From contig DAIDHK010000001.1 in the NCBI GenBank assembly GCA_027459725.1, forward strand, positions 131,411 through 195,410: a stretch of 64,000 bases of DNA, given 5' to 3'. Source of the stretch: Candidatus Levyibacteriota bacterium (GTDB taxonomy: Bacteria; Patescibacteriota; Microgenomatia; Levybacterales; UBA12049). The notes under the pieces are model-generated. The model had not been told where the DNA came from. It ran no database searches and saw only the letters and a program-made list of their open reading frames with translations. Within the stretch, counting starts at the first letter, position 1; every line of letters starts with the position of its first letter. Positions 59,807-64,000 of this stretch are shown here, piece after piece. A program made the position numbers and the translations under genes.

Positions 59807-60352
59807 TTAATCTAATTTGTTTGCGATTTCATTGAAAACTTCCTCTATTGATTTCTCTCCATCCACCTCTACTAATTTATGATGGTGACGGTAATGAGCT
59901 AAAACTGGTTCAGTGAATTTATGAAAGAGCTCTATACGCTTAAAAATAGCTTTTAAAGTATCATCTTCACGCTTTTCTTTTTCGGTAACCGAGCGTCCCG
60001 CTAAACGCCAAAGAGCCTCTTTGTCGGAGACTTTCAGGTACACTACCTTAGTTATACCATTGGAAAACTTTTCAGCCTGCTGAATGGTACGAGGAAAACC
60101 ATCTAAAATATAACCCGCTTCATATTCAGACCTATGCAAGTATTCACTTACGATTTCCAGTGTTTTATCGTCTGGAATTAGATAACCTGCATTCATCACT
60201 TCTTTAATGTAGCGGCCTAAGGGTGTGTGCTCTTTAGCAATCTCGCGAAAAATATGCCCTGTGGATAAGTAAGGAATTTTGAATTTTTTCGACAGCATAT
60301 TACCCTGAGTTGATTTTCCTGCACCTTGGATACCAATCAAAATAAGTTTCAT
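59807..60352 (-). CDS. adk: Adenylate kinase (short LID)
   Basis: GIQGAGKSTQ, LSTGHIFR, GYLIPD, LDGFPRT, REDD; follows secY. Confidence 0.93.
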   Translation of the reverse strand: MKLILIGIQGAGKSTQGNMLSKKFKIPYLSTGHIFREIAKEHTPLGRYIKEVMNAGYLIPDDKTLEIVSEYLHRSEYEAGYILDGFPRTIQQAEKFSNGITKVVYLKVSDKEALWRLAGRSVTEKEKREDDTLKAIFKRIELFHKFTEPVLAHYRHHHKLVEVDGEKSIEEVFNEIANKLD

Positions 60353-60355
60353 AAG

Positions 60356-61648
60356 TTACCTCTCCAAAAATCCTTCATAATTGCGCATGACTAAATTAGC
60401 TTCAATCGACTTATAAGTATCTAAGACCACACTTACAACGATCAGAATACCTGTACCTCCCAAAGTCAGTGTAGAAATTCCGGTAGCAGAACTTACTATT
60501 GTGGGAAAAACTGCAATTATACCTAAAAAAATGGCTCCGACCAGAGTAATACGCGTCATGATGTAATTTAAATATTGGCTAGTAGGTGTTCCTGGACGAA
60601 CACCAGGAATAAATCCCCCGGCTTTCTGCATTTCCTCAGCAATTTTCTTCGGATTGAAAACTACAGCTGTGTAAAAATAAGTAAAAGCTAAAACTAAAAG
60701 GAAATAAGTGACATTATACGAGATGCTGGTTGTACTAAACCACTGAGTTAAGTTGGTGCCAATAGCATATAAAGTAGTATTCTTAGAGGTAAGCAGGTAA
60801 TTACCTACCACAGAAGGCAACAAAACTAAAGATACGGCAAAAATAATCGGAATTACACCTGCCTGGTTCAAACGCAAAGGCAAATGTGTGGTATCACTGC
60901 CACTGGCAATATTATTTCCCCGAGATCGCCTGGCATAGTAAACTGTAATTTGTCTTGTTGCTTCATTAATAATGATAATCGAAACCACCACAATTAAGCC
61001 TAAAACTGCAAAAGTTAAATAACTTACAACCGATTGAGTAGAAGCCGTAGAGGCTGTCTGTGTTAAAGCTACTGGCAATCTTCCCACGATACCAGCGAAT
61101 ATTAATAAAGAAATCCCATTGCCTACACCTCGTTCAGTAATTAACTCACCTAGCCATACTAACAGCATTGTCCCTGCTGTCATGGTCAAAATGAACACAA
61201 TCACCTGTACTGGACTTAACGTAATAATAATACTTTGTGAGCGCAGTAAAGCATACATGCCGATTGACTGCAACACTGCCAATGGAACTGTTAGCATTCT
61301 TGTGTACTGGTTAATTTTACGACGACCACTCTCCCCTTCTTTTTGCAACTCCTCCAGTTTAGGCATCACCATCATCAATAACTGTAAAATAATCGACGCA
61401 TTGATATAAGGATTTAATCCTAATGCCATAATGGAAAAGTTAGCCAAAGTTCCTCCTGAAAAAATGTCAAGTAAACCCAAAAACTGGTTTTGTGCAAACA
61501 AACTTTTAAGTTGGGCAACATTAACACCTGCTACAGGAACATGAGCAAATATGCGAAAGACTAGAAAAATGAGTGCTGTAAAAAGAATTTTATTGCGAAT
61601 CTCCGGAGTACTAAAAGCTGTTTTAAAAATTGAAGTAATACTATTCAT
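60356..61648 (-). CDS. secY: Preprotein translocase SecY
   Basis: [54 protein letters not shown]. Confidence 0.98.
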   Translation of the reverse strand: MNSITSIFKTAFSTPEIRNKILFTALIFLVFRIFAHVPVAGVNVAQLKSLFAQNQFLGLLDIFSGGTLANFSIMALGLNPYINASIILQLLMMVMPKLEELQKEGESGRRKINQYTRMLTVPLAVLQSIGMYALLRSQSIIITLSPVQVIVFILTMTAGTMLLVWLGELITERGVGNGISLLIFAGIVGRLPVALTQTASTASTQSVVSYLTFAVLGLIVVVSIIIINEATRQITVYYARRSRGNNIASGSDTTHLPLRLNQAGVIPIIFAVSLVLLPSVVGNYLLTSKNTTLYAIGTNLTQWFSTTSISYNVTYFLLVLAFTYFYTAVVFNPKKIAEEMQKAGGFIPGVRPGTPTSQYLNYIMTRITLVGAIFLGIIAVFPTIVSSATGISTLTLGGTGILIVVSVVLDTYKSIEANLVMRNYEGFLER

Positions 61649-61655
61649 GTAATTT

Positions 61656-61739
61656 GTCTTTGGTTTTTAGTCGTTCGTCTCTAGATAAACCAAAACTCTG
61701 TTTACACCAAGGACAAATGACCAAAGACTACAGACTAAC
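61656..61739. repeat. Heptamer-periodic imperfect palindrome (GACCAAA type) overlapping the rplO stop
   Basis: GTCTTTG GTTTTTA GTCGTTC GTCTCTA ... CACCAAG GACAAAT GACCAAA GACTACA GACTAAC. Confidence 0.7.
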
Positions 61740-62165
61740 CGTGCCACCGGCTTTCTCAACCTTTGTTTTTGCTTTCTGAGAGATGGGCAAACTTATAGTC
61801 AAAGCTACTTTTAATTCACCATCTCCTAGGATTTTAACTCCCCTGAGTTGAGCATCATCTATCCTGACTAATTTCTTTTCTACCAAACTTTCAATTGTAA
61901 TAACACTTTTGTCTGTAAAACTATTCAAATCTGACAGATTAATCACAATCGGCTTTACATTAGCTTTGTTGCGTCCTTTACCTCTTAAATAAGGGAGACG
62001 TTTTGTCAGCGGTAAAGCACCGCCTTCAAATTTAAGCCCTCGAGAACTACGAGCATTCTGACCTTTGGTGCCACGTCCGGAAGTTTTTACTCTCCCAGAA
62101 CCATGACCCTGACCAAGACGTCGTCTTTTTTTAGCTGTAATAGATGGTAAAGTATGAATATTCAT
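61728..62165 (-). CDS. rplO: 50S ribosomal protein L15
   Basis: RLGQGHGSG, GRGTKGQNAR, FEGG, VKILGDG, EKAGG. Confidence 0.97.
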   Translation of the reverse strand: MNIHTLPSITAKKRRRLGQGHGSGRVKTSGRGTKGQNARSSRGLKFEGGALPLTKRLPYLRGKGRNKANVKPIVINLSDLNSFTDKSVITIESLVEKKLVRIDDAQLRGVKILGDGELKVALTISLPISQKAKTKVEKAGGTVSL

Positions 62166-62166
62166 A

Positions 62167-62700
62167 TTATTTTTTCAATGCTGCTTGTTTAGCACTACGC
62201 TCACTCAAAATCCTCAGAGCCTCCAAAGTGGCTAACACATTATTGGCTTGATTTTTAGTACCCATCACTTTAGAGGAAATGTTTTTGATACCAGCAGCAG
62301 AAACTACACTACGTATAGCTCCTCCAGCAATAACTCCACTTCCCATTGGAGCTGGTTTTAGCATAACTTGAGCCGCTCCAACCTTGACATCTACACGAAA
62401 AGGAATGGTTCCATTGACAATAGGCACAGCAATCATATGTTTTTTAGCCAAAATAATACCCTTGCGAATGGCATTAGCCACATCCGGTGCTTTACCAAGT
62501 CCTACACCTACTTTTCCATTTCTGTCCCCAACTACTGCCAATGCGGCAAAACCGATCTTATTACCTCCTTGAGTCTTCTTGGAAGTACGACTGATACGTA
62601 CAATCTTCTCGTCAAACTCACTCTCTACACGAGGTGCATTATTCTGACGATCTCGGTTTCTATTTTGATTAAATTGTCTATTATTTCGATTATTATCCAT
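62167..62700 (-). CDS. rpsE: 30S ribosomal protein S5
   Basis: KKTQGG, VVGDRNGKVGVGLGKA, PAPMGSGVIAGG. Confidence 0.97.
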   Translation of the reverse strand: MDNNRNNRQFNQNRNRDRQNNAPRVESEFDEKIVRISRTSKKTQGGNKIGFAALAVVGDRNGKVGVGLGKAPDVANAIRKGIILAKKHMIAVPIVNGTIPFRVDVKVGAAQVMLKPAPMGSGVIAGGAIRSVVSAAGIKNISSKVMGTKNQANNVLATLEALRILSERSAKQAALKK

Positions 62701-62770
62701 ATATTCTAAACTTATAACTTCACCCGAGTAATTTCTGAATTAATATTTATCAGAAGTTAGTAAGGCAATA

Positions 62771-63100
62771 TTAAAACTTAAGCCCTCCTTCTCGTGCTCC
62801 TTCTGCAAGGGCTTTAACTCTGCCGTGATAAGAATAACTGCCTTTATCGAAAATTACAGTCTTAATTTTCTTTTCTAAGGCTAATTTAGCCACTTCCAAA
62901 CCTAAATTCTTTGCCTTATCTGTTTTTGTCCCTTTAGCTTTAGCATCCCGCATGCCCAGCAAAGTAACATGCTTTAAATCATCAATAAATTGTACTGCAA
63001 TCCCTTTATTGGAACGAAAAACACTCATTCTCGGTCTATCAGCTGTACCTGTTATTTTTGCTCTAATTCTTCTTTGTCTTTGTAATTTATTCTTTTTCAT
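62771..63100 (-). CDS. rplR: 50S ribosomal protein L18
   Basis: GTADRPRMSVFRSN, FDKGSYSYHGRVKALAEGAREGGLKF; start MKKNK. Confidence 0.96.
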   Translation of the reverse strand: MKKNKLQRQRRIRAKITGTADRPRMSVFRSNKGIAVQFIDDLKHVTLLGMRDAKAKGTKTDKAKNLGLEVAKLALEKKIKTVIFDKGSYSYHGRVKALAEGAREGGLKF

Positions 63101-63116
63101 ATTGATAATCAACTGA

Positions 63117-63671
63117 CTATTTAGCCGCTCCAACCGCTTTGGCTGCCTTACCTGCTTTGCGCCGGATATATTCACCTACGTATTTTATTCCTTTACCTTT
63201 ATATGGTTCTGGCGGACGGATGGATCTAATTTCCGCTGCCATTTCGCCTACCATCATTTTATCAATTCCAGCTATCGTAATAACATTCTCTGCTACCGAA
63301 AATGTAATACCTGGCTTAGCTTTAACTTTAACCGGATGAGAAAAACCTAGTGACAATTGTAAATCAGTACCTTGGATTTGAGCTCGATAACCAACTCCTG
63401 ATAATTCAAGTTTTTTTTCAAATCCTTTATCGACACCAGTTATCAAGTTAGCCAAAGATGCACGTGTCAAACCAAACAAAGCTCTTTTTTTAATATCATT
63501 AGGAGTTTTCTGACTAACCACAATCTGGTTGTCTGCTACAGCAACATTAATATCATTTGGAATTACAAAGCCTAGTTCACCTTTAGGGCCTTTTACGACA
63601 ACCTTACCGCTATCTAAAGTTACTGTTACACCTGATTGTATCTTAATTGGCATCCTTCCGATCTTTGACAT
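63117..63671 (-). CDS. rplF: 50S ribosomal protein L6
   Basis: MSKIGRMPI, VKGPKGEL, GVGYRA, LGFSHP, RPPEPYKGKGI. Confidence 0.98.
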   Translation of the reverse strand: MSKIGRMPIKIQSGVTVTLDSGKVVVKGPKGELGFVIPNDINVAVADNQIVVSQKTPNDIKKRALFGLTRASLANLITGVDKGFEKKLELSGVGYRAQIQGTDLQLSLGFSHPVKVKAKPGITFSVAENVITIAGIDKMMVGEMAAEIRSIRPPEPYKGKGIKYVGEYIRRKAGKAAKAVGAAK

Positions 63672-63698
63672 ATATTGGATTTAAGAAACTTACACAAA

Positions 63699-64000
63699 TT
63701 ACCAGATCTGAAAAAGTAACTCTCCTCCTACTCCTTTCTTGTTAGCCTCGCGTCCCGACATCACGCCCTGGCTGGTTGATAAGACAGAAACCATAGAACC
63801 ATTGTGTGCCGCAGAAATTTTTTTGTTAGTTGCATAAGCTCGCAAAGACGGCTTAGAGATAATCTTTACCCCCTCGACTACTGGTCTACGATTTACATAT
63901 CTAAGATTGACCAATAGCTGTTTTTTATTCTCAATCGTTTCTTCTCTTACGTCAGCTAAGAAACCTTCTTTAACTAAAACTTTAGCAACGGCCTGACTTA
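63699..64000 (-). CDS. rpsH: 30S ribosomal protein S8, 3' part; starts beyond the window
   Basis: Frame open to the edge: AVAKVLVKEGFL...ISKPSLRAY...LSTSQGVM..EA..GVGGELL. Confidence 0.96.
   Translation of the reverse strand, partial: SQAVAKVLVKEGFLADVREETIENKKQLLVNLRYVNRRPVVEGVKIISKPSLRAYATNKKISAAHNGSMVSVLSTSQGVMSGREANKKGVGGELLFQIW

Noticed and set aside
39987-63175. N-terminal extensions in the ORF track for recA, the methyltransferase, the zinc-ribbon protein, rpoA and rplR
   Set aside because: The extensions run through promoters or overlap neighbouring genes; downstream ATGs match conserved starts
3157-63339. Short antisense or nested ORFs in the track (e.g. 3157-3342, 4181-4405, 4221-4472, 13457-13648, 43517-43705, 46595-46816, 56327-56725, 62368-62709)
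   Set aside because: Most overlap well-supported genes or IS ends and none shows a motif; treated as shadow ORFs

Overview
AT-rich chromosomal window from a Patescibacteria/CPR bacterium, probably Microgenomates-like. The assignment rests on the missing rpmD/L30 between rpsE and rplO, the short HrcA and CPR-type envelope genes; the genetic code is standard code 11. Left to right it holds: the hrcA-grpE-dnaK heat-shock operon with a CIRCE-overlapped promoter; an internally deleted IS21-family element whose istA is fused in frame to the tail of istB; metG-tatD and a surface-glycosylation cluster; a LysRS with a C-terminal DUF2000-like domain; a LysW (amino-group carrier protein) operon lysW-lysX-lysY-hcs-lysZ-lysJ that has no lysK but ends in an Ntn-hydrolase, with a divergent HTH/ACT regulator and a perfect 16-bp palindrome; murB, greA, tsaD, rmuC and a helicase-nuclease; RNase P RNA, pilin, HU, rny-recX-recA and tRNA-Pro(GGG); two pseudogenes; a convergent PurD-like ATP-grasp / HExxE metallo-hydrolase pair; obg, mutS-mutL; and the distal spc/alpha/S9-L13 ribosomal cluster with three tandem NMP kinases and heptamer-periodic palindromes in its spacers. 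The best candidate for an undescribed system is the LysK-less LysW pathway with an Ntn-hydrolase as putative gamma-glutamyl releasing enzyme. All calls come from reading the sequence by eye; no database searches were run.
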